Of a stretch of DNA of 56,678 bases, positions 1 to 13,270 are shown piece after piece. Within the stretch, counting starts at the first letter, position 1, and every line of letters starts with the position of its first letter. The position numbers were made by a program, and so were the translations under genes. This stretch comes from Intoshia linei. Lineage: Eukaryota > Animalia > Orthonectida. Below the pieces are notes generated by a model. It did no database searches. It was not told the origin of the DNA and saw only the letters and a program-made list of their open reading frames with translations. The stretch spans positions 1 through 56,678 of the forward strand of contig LWCA01000084.1 of assembly GCA_001642005.1 (NCBI GenBank), given 5' to 3'.

Positions 1-271
1 GAATATGAACTATGATGTGATATCGAACTTAAATTATAAAAATTATGTTATTTAAATATAATTTTTTTAAATTTTAAATTGTCTAGAGTGTTTGGCAAAC
101 ACCTTGCACATTATGACGTTACGCCACTGTTTAAGAATAGTTACTTTTGTGGTGGGTTTTGGGGATAATTACTTTTGTAACGATTTATATTAAAAATGTA
201 TACAAATATTAAGTTTTAAACAAAATGTTTGAAATTTTTACCTTAGAACCATATTTATTGGTGATTAAAGT

Positions 272-1041
272 CAGCGTTCGGCGAACTTATTTCTAACGCG
301 GGCCACATTGACTATGTCGATGGGCCGCAAAAATTCGTGAATACACATGAAACAATTTAAATTGATGAAATTCTATTTTGGCTTGTAAATTTGATTGTTT
401 TTTCTAAATATTAAAGTATGAAAATTCCATTTAAATAATTAACAATTATTGATTTTTAGAGTGCATTTTAATTATTAATTGTGTTTATTATTATTTTTCA
501 AAATTGTACGTATTTATAATTATATTTATGCAAACAATAAAAAAAAATTTGATCAAATTTAAACAAAAATTAGCCTATTATTGATAAATAATACTTTTAA
601 TCGATTTCGTAAACTGCTAAAATTTTGAAAAAATATTTAATTTAATTTTTGATATAATAAACCAAAAAAATTAATTTTAATATAATTTACCATAAAATAA
701 TTCAATTAAAAATAATCAATTTTTGTATTAGTAACGATAGAGCAACTTTAGAGTAATTATCGTTAAACTCACTTCACTCTAGAATGAATATATTATGTTA
801 ATTCATTTTCTACATGAAATATAATGTTTAATATATAAGTTTCTAATAATACATTATTGAAGTTACTGCTAGTACTTAATATCATTATCTCGTTACCAAA
901 TGTATTTATAACTTCATTTTTATGAGTTATACACCCAATTACGCTACTGTATTCAATAGTGGTTGAGGTAGAAACATTTAATCTAATGTGTAAAAGCTGA
1001 AGGGCCAATTTGGCCTGCGGGCCATAGTTTGCCGAACGCTG
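272..1041. mobile_element. hAT-type MITE
   Basis: TIRs CAGCGTTCGGCGAAC (272) and GTTTGCCGAACGCTG (ends 1041), with subterminal GCGGGCC motifs; flanks ATTAAAGT/ATTTAATT are a degenerate 8-bp TSD. Confidence 0.7.
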
Positions 1042-3559
1042 ATTTAATTGGTGCAGCATAAAACTTTCATCTTCGAAAAAATATTGAATTAGGAATAATT
1101 GGTAACAAAATACAAACCAAATATAAAGGAATTTACACTTATAATATTACTTGCTATTTAGGGCTAAATTTGAAATATAAAAAAGTAAATATCATAATAT
1201 TAAATTGTACTTTATTTGCATTCTGTTTTTCTGATTCTTAAAAATATATTTTCTGTTAAAATATATGATTTTATTCAGCAATCTTTCAAACATTACAATC
1301 TTCATTCCAAAAACCACAAATTAACCCTTATTTTGAAAAATGTTAAAAACTAAATAGTCATAGAATTTTAAAAAAGATAATATCTATACTAAATATATAA
1401 TTGTAACGTAATACAATAATGGATTTTTATGTTAAATATTTTCAAAAAAAATTTAACTCTGCACCGGTATTTGGGAAACCAATACATTAACCTAATAAAT
1501 CATATTTGGAATTTTATACAAATTTTTTTAATATAAATTCCATGCATTTTTAAAATTATTGTATGCAAAAATATTTTAAATTAATTGAAAAACCCCATAA
1601 ATTAACTTTTTATAGAGTAGTTTTCAATCTTTTTTCTTAAAATTTAAAAATTAAGGTTAAAAAAAATACTATTTAAAATTATTCAACCTAAAAAACAACC
1701 CTTCACAAATAATTTAACAAAATCAGTCCAAAACATATTTTTAATTATTCTTAAAAAAATTGCTTGAACCTTCTTTAATATTGATAAAAAAAATAATTAA
1801 GCTAAAAATCACCCCATAACACATTTTTTAATTTTCTAAGAAAAATTTCCATAAATACCATGTAAAATTTTAACAAAAAAATTTTTAAAATGTATAATTA
1901 TAAAAAAATTATGGGTAAAAATCGAAAAAGTCGATCGTTTTAATTTTCATTAATGAATTTTAATTAACATTATATATTATAATTATACCAAATGAATCAT
2001 ATTCATTTTTAATACATTAAAATCACTAGATAATACAAAATCTTTAATTGAAACAAATCCAGTTGATGATATTGAAGTATCTGTGTAAAAATTAACGATT
2101 GAAAATTTAATTTTGGTAGTAGGTAAATGAAAATATTCCAAATTTGTCCAGAATAATAAATCAAATTGAGGGTTTTGTTTTTTGAATTTATCTGTAATAA
2201 AAGTATCAATTATTAAAGGTTGACATGTATCATCGATAGATTCAATTTTTGTCTAAATTCAATACAATCAAATTACTGATTAACAAAATTCCTCGTTATC
2301 GAAAAATATCTTGATGTACCAAATTGTCAAACCAAAAGAATATTATTATAGAAATAAATTTTATTTATAATAGATTTACATTAATGTTAATTAATAATTC
2401 CGATAACGAGAAATTTTACAGTTCTTAAGTTTATATATCAAAATAATGATACAATTTGGTATATAATTACTTGTAAATAATAAGTATCGCATGCACCGTA
2501 AAAAAAGTTTTGAGACACATTTTTACAATTCATAATATTTAAAAAAAGCTTTGAGTTTTCATTTGAATATTTTATTTGAAATTTAATTGTCATATCGGAT
2601 TCATTGCAAACATTGTACGTTTTTGCAAAATTTTTTAATTGGCAAAATTGATGTACCAAATGCATGTTCCAAAGATTTCTGTTCATTTTAAAACGCTACA
2701 ACTGAATTTAAATTTTCAATAATTTTAATGAAAGTTGACCATTTAATGTGATTGACCTTATTTTAATTGTACTTTTGGATTTAAATTATTTTGATTAAAT
2801 TGAATTAAATTGAATGGTTACAAAAATGAAAATTAGATTAAATTTTGGTCAAATGTCTTTACTTTAAAAGTACAGTGCATTGAAAATTAACAAGTTTTAC
2901 AATTACAATTGTAGTGTTATGTATTAGTCAAAATTGGTAAAAATTTAAAAAACTTTTAATTTTAAAAACCGAAACAAAATTATTATCATTGTCGTACAAA
3001 TTTTTAAGCTGTTATTTTATTGATTATTGATAAGTACTTTGCATAATTTCTGAAGCGTAAGGTAATTACATTTTGAGATATACAATATAATAATACAATA
3101 AATTCATCTCATTATAATTTTACCATTTCCATCTACTTGAACGTTTGATAAAACTTAATTTGTATGATTAAATGATTAAATTTAATAAAACATAAATTCT
3201 TGTATAGGGTTTAAAATCATAAGCATTATCATAAATGGCAACCTCAAAAAAGTGAATTTTCACTATCAAAAATCCAGATTATCTTTGTTTATAACGTTTT
3301 AAAATGAAAAAAACTCTAGAATTTTAAAAAAAATTACAGATGATACAGTTATATCCAGTTAACTTTAATAATTAATAACACACACAAAAAATTTAAATCT
3401 AACAAACTGTACATTCACGATCAAATAAGCTTTTTGGTATTCATTTTTTTTACATTTATTACATTGTTAGTAACTATTTATTCAAACAATAAGTTAAAAT
3501 TAATTAATGGTTTTAGAATTTGAAAAAAATATTATTCTGTTACAGCTTATTTCAGTTGC

Positions 3560-4227
3560 TCCTTACTTTTATACATGTAATATGTTATGCAATATTTGTT
3601 TGTGTGTGGATGTGTGTTACCGTTTAGTCAGTCTTAGAATTTTATAAAGTCCACATTTCAATTACAGTATTTGCCGGGTATTAGCACAATAAATTTCAAT
3701 TTTCCAAACTACCATCTTACGGGTCAAAAAGCCCAATTGTCCTTTTTTTGAAAATCAAACCAGTTCGAAAAATCAAAAAAATATATACTGTGATACGGAT
3801 TTTAAAATCATAAATTTAAATTCAAAAAAAATATATCTTCAGGGCCAAAACCCCAAATTACTTTTTTTTTAATGAAAACAGCTCTAGAATTTAAAAAAAT
3901 GTACAGGTGGTACAGTTGTATCGTGTTAACACACACAAAAAAAAATTTTAGTATTCATATATTTTTTTTTGAAATATTTTATTGAAACAAAAAATATGAA
4001 ATAATTAACGGTCCGAAAATTAAAAAAAATTATTTTTCTGATAGAGCTTATTCCAGTTGATATAAATACAAAATTTCAAGCCCAGAAATCTACGCATTCT
4101 CGGATAAAAATAATTTTTAATATATTATCAACCAATATTTTTTTAATATTTTGAATAAAATAAAAATTAAAAATGTAAATATTGATCCTACAGTTTCAAA
4201 CAAAAATGTGCATTCGACGTCTACACC
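3560..4227 (+). repeat. Copy of the ~830-bp interspersed Helitron-like repeat, 3'-truncated where a MITE end (CAGTGTTTCCCAAC) begins at 4228; an older diverged copy lies at ~3205-3558
   Basis: Shares blocks with 46477-47307 (CATCTTACGGGTCAAAAA, GTACAGTTGTATC, GAGCTTATTCCAGTT, TCTACGCATTC, ATTGATCCTACA). Confidence 0.8.
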
Positions 4228-4734
4228 AGTGTTTCCCAACCCATTTTGCGTTATCGCCCATTAAAAATAAAATTTTTATTTCAAAATATAACGTTATATA
4301 TATTGTACTAGCTTGACTGTTATGTACTACGTACAAACAGCACTTAGCTCTGCCGAGGGCACATTTTTATAATACCAAAAAAATAAATTCATATTGAAAA
4401 TCTAACTTAAAAATCCTACTATTCACTATTATCAATTCTTTAAAAGAGTGGTTCCCAAATTTGTTTCAGGTGAAACCATCATATCACATTACTTTTTACT
4501 TTAAAGTGAATTATTCCATTTAATTTTTTGTTTGTTAAAATTTGCGTAAAAAATTTTAAAAACAATTGTTATCCCATTTTTTTAATTTATTAGACGAATG
4601 TATCTATAAAGTAAAAATAGTCCAATCCTAAAAATTGTCATAAATATCATAAATTTCAGAAAAAATAAAACTATAAAAACCTAATTTGTCATTTTCAATG
4701 TGATGAGTTATCACTGAATAATGATAAGTTGAAA

Positions 4735-5172
4735 GAAATGGAGAGAATAAAAAATTATTGTATTAATAAATTAATCTTTATCATTATAGACGAAACAGAT
4801 TTAAATGAATATAAGTACATTAATACTATGATCGGAACATTGGAAACACCTCAGAATGTAATATTATATGATTGTAAAAATATTACAAGTAATATGAAAG
4901 GACAAATGGTCATTAATACTCTTGATGATACAATTAAAAATAATTAAACCAAACAAAGAAACTTTTTAAAAGAAAATATTAAAAAATATTTGATTTTGTA
5001 CGACCCAAATAATACACTTTTTATTCATCTTTATTATTACTTAAATTAGGGATCGGAAATTTTTTGCATCTAGTGGACCACTTTTCTATTTTTTACAGGT
5101 TTTTTAGAAATAGTGGATATAACTAACGAGTACTAAATTTAAAAAATATTATGAAACCCTGAATTAGATATT
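4735..5172 (+). mobile_element. CGGBP1/DUF659-like hAT transposase fragment, near-identical to ~56135-56572
   Basis: IFIIIDETDLNEYKYINTMIGTLE resembles the I-x-x-x-x-DETT-D...Y-x-x-N-x-x-x-G-T-L motif; ~430-bp direct repeat visible by eye. Confidence 0.6.
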
Positions 5173-5666
5173 TACGGACATAAGACATCGCTGATTGTTC
5201 TACAACAACTATCTAATAATGGCAATACAATTATGTTTTAAAATTTATATAACGGTGCTACTGCCGACAAGGCCCCAGAAATATTATTATTATAGCGAAT
5301 AAGAGATTTCATCACTGTTTAAAAAAAACAACACTACGTGAATTTTTTTTTCAAAAGTTAATAAAGTTAAATAAATTTGATTTGTAAGTTAAATTTTTTT
5401 GTTTTTATAGGTTAAAAAAAATCGCCCTAGTTATCACTGATAACATATACTAATTCAATAATGTACCAATTCAATAAATATTTAAAAATACCAATTGTGT
5501 ATCAATAATTAACTGAATCTTCACTTTATAAATATTTCAGTCGAATTTTACCATTACATACAATTGCAAAGGATTGTAATATAAAAATGATATTAACAAA
5601 ATTTTTTTAGTTTCTTATTTAAATTTGAATGTTTTAATAAAAATGTTTTGAAAATGAAAATTTGAA

Positions 5667-6524
5667 ATTTAAAAATTGCGTAGCAATGAAAAAAATTCCG
5701 AAGGAATGAATTATATATATTTTCACCCATATGTCTTTATTGGAAATGTGTAGACGTACAATGCACATTTTTTGAAATTGTAGATTTACATTTTCATTTT
5801 TGATTTTTAATTGATTTATTTGAAAAATATTTGGTTGATAATATATTATTAATTATTTTTCACCGGGAATGCGTAGATTTCTTGGGTTGAAATTTTGTAT
5901 TTATATCAACTGGAATAGGCTCTATCAGAATAATTTTTTTTTTTTAATTTTGAGACCGTTAATTATTTCACATTTTTTGTTTTAATAAAATATTTCGGAA
6001 AAAAAATGACCTTTAATTATTTCACATTTTTTGTTTTAATAAAATATTTCGGAAAAAAAATATATGAAAATTAAATGCTGTTTTTGACCGTGAAGTCGTC
6101 ACTTATTCGGATTGACATTTTTTATGTGTGTTAACAGGATACAACTGTACCACCTGTAAATTTTTTGAAATTCTAGTGCGGTTTTCAAAAAAAAAAAAAG
6201 GGGTAATTTGGGGTTTTGGCCCTGAAGATATAATTTTTTTAAATTTAAATTTATGATAATGGTTATGATTTTAAAATCCACATCACCGTATATATTTTTT
6301 CAAATTCTTAACTCGTTTGATTTTCAAAAAGACAGACAACTGGGGTTTTTGACTCGTAAGATGTATTATTGGGAGGTTGGAATTTATCTTATGAAACGTC
6401 CCGGAAAAAACTGTAATTGAAATGTGGTCTTTAAAAAATTTTAAGAGTGGTAGTTATTGCAATAAAGTGGAACACACAGACACATACATAACAAAAATCA
6501 CGTAGCCTTTTATATAAGTTAGGA
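5667..6524 (-). repeat. Full-length copy of the ~830-bp Helitron-like repeat, with an internal ~50-bp tandem duplication (5959-6060)
   Basis: Reverse complement starts A|TCCTAACTTATATAA and ends GCTACGCAATTTTTAAATT. Confidence 0.85.
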
Positions 6525-8261
6525 TAGAATGCACGAACAAATACATTTATTTTTAGATCTAATATGTCAATGAATCTACCTTTTATGTATTTTTTGAGAC
6601 CATTGATGTGATATACAAATCTCTTTATATCAGTACAGTTTATGTGGTTTTTTATAGAATGCAATCTAGGAAATTGGTATAATTCCTTTTTTGCTAAATT
6701 ATAACTTAAGACTTCTAATTTTTTAATAAACACTGAGATAATTTTGATGCAGAATATCAGTGTCAAATTATTTTTTATCTTACTTACTACACAGATAATT
6801 AGTGTTAGATAACTTATATTGTCAAACCCTTAATAAATTAATTATCGTTTAATTTAATTCAATTTTTTTTTATTTGATAAAATTGAACATTTAATTTGTT
6901 AAAAAAAATATATTTTTTTATATATTTTCGCATCGCCCAGTCGCCCAGGACATTAATGTCATTCAAGCACGTTCTCTAATTTTAACAATTTCCTTAAATG
7001 TGTCTGACACTGGGTGAATTGAGGAAAATCATTAGCAAATGAAGGAAATAGTTGTTTATTATTGTTTGTTATTGAAAATTCCAGATTAAAAAATTAATAA
7101 AATAAAGTGTTTATAAATTTAATTAAAGAAAAACTTTTAAAAGAATTAATTTGCATTTACAAAATATATTAAAGTGACTTCTGAAATTATTAAACAACAA
7201 AAATAATTTTAATATTATTTTTTACATATAAATTTACATTACATGTTAATTAAAAACACAAAAAAAATTTTTAAAAACATTTTTTTTTATAAATATTTTA
7301 AAATGCGCGGTAAATTCATTTTTCACCGCGTTAATCGAAGGATACCTGTATTGTATTTCAATTGGAATTTTTATATTATGTTGTTTGTATCTGTATTATA
7401 TAAATATATTTTATTATTATAGATTCTATAATAATAATTTATATATTTTTTTCTATTTTTTATTCTACATGTACTAAATTTTTCAATGTTGAACATTCAA
7501 CTGGTGAGTTGTTCAACTGCATTAAATTATACATTTTAGGCAAGTTATCTTTAGATTATCAATAACGTTAAATCCGATGATTTAACATAAACTCATGTTA
7601 CTAGCATAAAAAATAATACATAGATTAATAATTAATAATCATTATATACATAAAACGTAAACGATGGGTCCGAGAAATTTTTTTTAATTTTTCACAATGT
7701 TAATACACAAATTAAAATATTTTAGGAGCACATTTTTGACGTCAGGGGGCGCCCCTGCACCCACCTAGATCCGCTACTGATGGTATGAAATGTGGAACAT
7801 ATACAATATCATACCTATCATAATTTGAAGTACAAAAAATAAGAATATTTACGTCACGTTCGAAGCTTACACTTTCTAAAATGCTAATAATCTATATTTA
7901 TTCACTTGATTAACAAAATATTTGTTTTATTTCCAGGGATAACAATTTTGCGTCGTTGCTGAGAAGATGAAGATGGTTCAGCTATTTTTGATACATTTTT
8001 GACTTTGTTGTTATTTACAATGTTAATCATGCAATTAAAATTTTTTCATTTTTTTATTTAACACTTAAAATAAATTGTAAGGTAACTGGGTATTTTTTTC
8101 AAGATCAAACAGTCATATTAGAAGTACGAGAAGATTAATTAATTTAATTATTTGTTTAATGCACTTTTCCAATGCATTGATATAAAAACCAATCTAATTG
8201 GCAAAATGAAAAATTTTCAAAAATTAGCTACACATTCTTTAAAATAAAAGAGAATATTCTT

Positions 8262-8490
8262 AAACCCTACCATTTTTACTAAAAATCCGGTTTTACCAAC
8301 CCTAAAATGTTAAAACCTTAACTGCATTTTTCCTTCTAGGGTTGGTAGGACTGAATTTTACCTAAATATTTGGTAAAACTGATTTTTTCATTTTAGAGTC
8401 GGTATGACTGAATTTTTCCCTTAAGATTTGGTAAAACAGGAATTTTCTCAAAAGGGTTGGTAAATTTGATTTTTAGTAAAAATGGTTGGA
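8262..8490. repeat. Minisatellite of ~29-30-bp units (AGGGTTGGTAAAACTGAATTTTT...) with inverted units on its left
   Basis: Five or six tandem units at 8338-8490; reverse-complement units (GGTTTTACCAACCCT) at 8262-8305. Confidence 0.7.
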
Positions 8491-9199
8491 TTTAAGTAGA
8501 CACCCTTCTTAAAAGTACTGAGTTTTGAAACTCAGTACAAAAAAATTAATTAATTCAGTGAAATTAAGTATTCATTAAATAACTTAGTACTCAGTAAAAT
8601 TTTTTAAACAAAAGTTGAACACACTAGTGACTAGTCTCTATATTGAACTGATTACAATAATGATAATTGAGTCACTCAAATTGATAATTATCAATTTATA
8701 GTAAATTTTATGTATTGATAATATTGCTTAATAATGGAAACATGCAATCTTTAGTTAAAATTTATTGATAATCAATAAAAATTGATTATATGATAAAATT
8801 TATTTGAAATTGAAATGGTATAAAATTATTAAAATTCGACCCAGACAATGAATATTTTTGCATGGCTAATTTTCAAATTGTAATGATGCTATCAATAATT
8901 ATTTTAATATCCTGTTGTATACCCATTTTCGTAGATAGGAAAAAGTAGAACAGATAAATTCAAAATTATGGGACCTTAGATTATAGTTATAAAAAGCTTA
9001 CTAATATATAATAATATAAAAAATTTGCATATTAATAATTACTAATTAGTATATTAAACTATTTTTTCGCGATTCAAATTTATTTTATTTTATTTTGAAA
9101 TTTTCAAAATATGAAAGAAATTGTTCTGATAATATCCTCATTATAGAGTATTGTAAATTAAAATTTAAAATTTAATTAATCCTGAAATAATAAATAATA

Positions 9200-9950
9200 A
9201 ATCCTGCAGACAGATCCTAAAAGTATAGGAATATGCAACACATTAAATAAAAATGTGTCAAACCCAATAAAGAGTCTTATAAAGTGACACTTTGTCGTAT
9301 ATACTGACCCCAGACGAACTTGTAAGATAAGCGTGTGTGTCATTGATTTGTTTAATGAATTTGAAATAAATAAATGCGTCTTTAAATATTGATCTTCTCG
9401 CGCTACTATATTTTGTATATTTTGTATAGTTTGTCTGGTATAATATTGCACAGTCAAAACAATATCAGTATTATTAATAACAACTCGAAGATGCTGTATT
9501 TGTAAATTTTTTGTATTTAAGACTAAATCTTAAACGAGTGTTTGGGGTTGTGACCTTTATAGAAATTATGAATAGGGTATACTTTGCATTTATTTACATG
9601 TCATGCCACACCCAGTAATCAATATTTGTGACACTTTATGTTTTATTACATATTGTTCTTTAAATTTGTTTAATTATTCACTCGTGCCATGCACACAAGT
9701 GCTTATGATGGCTAACAAATTTGGATTTGGAATTAATCTGACGTAGATATAATCTGGGTGAAATTTGCGTGTCTGTGACAATTTATGCCGTCATTTCGCA
9801 TAGCATTATTTCTCAATCCTGCAATTTATCAAAATATTTTTTATCTTGCAGCTGCAGATCTTTGCTTTATTTTGGACCGTTTACATTCACATTTATAGTT
9901 TTTTAGATTACATAGTAAACATTTGTTGAGATTATCCATTTTTTAGGTAT
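9200..9950 (-). pseudogene. Possible degraded LINE apurinic-endonuclease relic
   Basis: Minus-strand fragments NVNG, YIYVRL, ILITG and QP..DLVL fall in APE motif order, but with many stops and shifts. Confidence 0.3.
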
Positions 9951-12900
9951 TACACCATAAACAGTATTAGGGTCACAAAAATAAAACACTTTAGCATTTA
10001 ATAATTATAATTATTATTAATTAGTTATAACATATAATTTATAGCATTTATCCCCTTTTCTATTTTCACTTGGAATAAATTAACAAATGTTGACGCATAA
10101 GCAACTAACAAAATGGTAAAAATTGTATATTTGATGGGTGTTTACATAAAATCTTTACTATAGTATAAGACTTTGCAACGAAAGCTACAAATTTAGGGGG
10201 AAAAATTGTTTCACTCCAAAAAAAAACGAAAAAAACTTATGTAACTCACCGCAAAAATGGTTTTAAAATTAAAATCATAAATTCAATTGTGTTTAAAATG
10301 TATCTATTGTTAATTAACTTATCGCCTTGCATTTTTCTTCCATCATTTCTCGATGCCAATTCATTTGATTTTATAACCTTCCGGCTATGTATGATTACAT
10401 ATCTATTTTATGTCTAATAAATGAGCTTTGATTTAAAATCACATTCAGTAATTATTGTCGTATTAAAATTAAAATTGAAGACATTAACATTTACGAATCG
10501 TACAAATGGAGAGTACTAAACATGTACTAAACATTCTTAAAATTCCACATCAATTCCTCACATTATATAAAAAATTTTGATTTTTTTAGTCACTGAAATT
10601 TTATATAATAAAATTCAGAAGCTTTCCGCCAAAACCCATAAATCTTTCAATCAATTTTCCTCTGGGAAGGTAGCGCCCTAAAGGTTTTAACCTTTAAGGT
10701 TTTTCAACAATGATTCACAATCCACTACATACGGTGACATGTAGTAAAATTGAAACTTTGGTTTAAATTGGCATTACATGGTAAATTTATACAATTTTTT
10801 CATTGCAAAACACTATAAACTAACCAAGTTATTATTTTTTGAAGGCCTTTTGCATTTGCCAAAGCAAGCATTACTAAATACGCAATGTGATGGGATTAAA
10901 AAATTTGTGAAATATCTCAAATTCAAAAAATATAAATTTTCAACCAATTTGAATTGAAATGAAAAATGAATAAATACAGTTGTCAATAAAAGCAAAATCT
11001 TCTTATAAACAAAATATCTGCGAACAAGATTAAGCAGGTTGCCGACCCCAGCTTTATAACATAAATCAAATAACATATAATCTTGTTTACAATGTAAAAA
11101 GTTTAAATATTTTATTTTTAAAATCTGCTAGTTTTGTATTTATTATGGTCATCTTGTAAAATTATCTGAAAATTGTCATTTTAATAGGTAATATTTTTAT
11201 TCTAATTTTAGGTTAATCTACGATATTTTGAAAATAGGTTCCTAAGAAAAATTTCGCAAACGATGCGTAGTGTCATATAACCATACCAACCTCTCCAAAG
11301 CCTTTCAAGGGTTTGACGAGTTGGAGAATTTAAAAAAATATATACGCTGATACGAATTTTAAAATCATAAACATTATTATAAATTTTAATTAAAAAAAAT
11401 GTAATATAAAAATACAAAAACAATAAATTTAAATTAAATTAAATTTGAAAATCGATGGTTACACAATTGCATTAAAAATAAAAGTTAATTTCAAGAGATT
11501 GAAACTTAGATTTTCGGATTTTAATTGATAATTTGTCAATGACAAGACTACTGTCTGCTAATACTAACTACTAATAACTAAAACCAACGTTTAAGGTTCA
11601 ATATACACTATATCTTAAAAAATATTGTATCAATGTTTAAACAATAGCAACATAAATTATTTTTTATTCGTGTATTCATTTATTCTGCGGAAATTGGATT
11701 TTATTATGGGACTCTATGCATCGATCGTTTACTATTTAAAAATTAAAAAATTAAAAATAACAGTTGGAAATCGCATTGGTCATTATAAAATTTCCATAAA
11801 ATAAGAAATTTTTCAACATTACCTATTAATACATTAAAATAATAGGCCTTCTTGATTGTAGGTCCTCTCCACTGTACTGGTCTCAAAAAGAGTAGTTTCG
11901 GCTAAGTTCAAATGTATATTGATTGATATAAAACTCTCAGAAGATTTCCACCTACTTTATAAATAAAAATTATCTTTTTATATACTAAACGTTAATACTT
12001 CCCTTATACTCTTACGTTAAAAAAAATAAATTTTAATTAAATTCTGAAGGTAATATACACATTTATTTCTATTAAATAAAAAGTTTAATTTAAAACTTGA
12101 AAAATGTATTGTTTACTAAATTCTATGTAGAACAGGGGTGCACAACCTTTCCACCGATTCATTTTTTTATTTTTGCGAAAAAATACAAATTTGGAAACTA
12201 TTTTATAACAACCTTTAAATGAAATTAAAAGAGACACCCTAAATTTTTTTTGCCTTGAGCGAAGTTAAATATATTGTTCGCTTCGCTCGCACCCCATTAA
12301 CTAGCCTCTTGGATCCGCCCTGAAAGTGTATACCGAGTGTACAATGTACAATGTACATTTACCAACATTGTTTTACATTAAAATTTAATCAATCTAAAAA
12401 TATTTTTGCAATATATAATTTTAATTTTTTAGAAATTATAGGTCTAGTGTAAGGATGTCAGACTCAATTTACTTGGCTGTAAAAATGTGAAAAAAATCAT
12501 TACTCAAACCATTGTTTCATTATTGTAACAGTTTTAATTAATAAAATAAAATAAAAACAATAATAATGAAATAAGTGTGTAGCTAATGTTAAAATTGTAA
12601 TCATGAATTAATAAATCATGAAAAATGTAAGTCAAAAATTTTTTTATAAAAATAACAATTAATATTGTGGCAACACATTTAATAATTTAGGGTCGCACAA
12701 TTGACCACTGGTTTAGTGGTATTGTAAAATTACCCTAACGTGACCGACAATAAAATGGATTAATTTCTTAAATTTTAAATATAAATTAAAAAAATTGGTT
12801 GAACAGTTGACCTTGGGAATCCCAAGTTGGGATTAACTTTCATTGACGCGACACGCGAATTATTAAAAAAATGTTTATGACTAATTGTTTGTTACGTCTC

Positions 12901-13129
12901 TTTAGATTCTTATTTATCTGCGTACGATTTGAATAATCGTGCCATATACAATTAAATTAAATTTTGTTTAATTTCCTCTATTGGTTATTTAATTATATAT
13001 TATTAATATAAAAATATTAAATTATTATAATTATATGCCCAATACTGTAAGTGATCCTCTTAGATATATGGTGCATATTTAAAATTTTTAAAACGTTTAC
13101 CGACGTTTTTAATGATTTTATTTTTATTT

Positions 13130-13270
13130 TATAGGTGTTTACCTTTTGCAGATGTAATTTCCACTCTGACTTATTTTGTTTACACATATTAAAAAGGTGG
13201 TTTGTTTAATTACCACAATTAAAAGTTATAAAACATGATGTAAACAAATTGAAATCAGCTGTGTTTACAA
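13130..13270. promoter_or_regulatory. Candidate cis-regulatory module upstream of the ASCL gene
   Basis: Four Forkhead cores (TGTTTAC 13136, 13177, 13262; GTAAACA 13240), E-boxes CAGATG 13149 and CAGCTG 13256, and Runx-like ACCACA 13212, all within 135 bp. Confidence 0.4.

Noticed and set aside
8338-8490. Regularly spaced ~30-bp repeats resembling a CRISPR array
   Set aside because: Contiguous degenerate units without unique spacers, eukaryotic context, no cas genes
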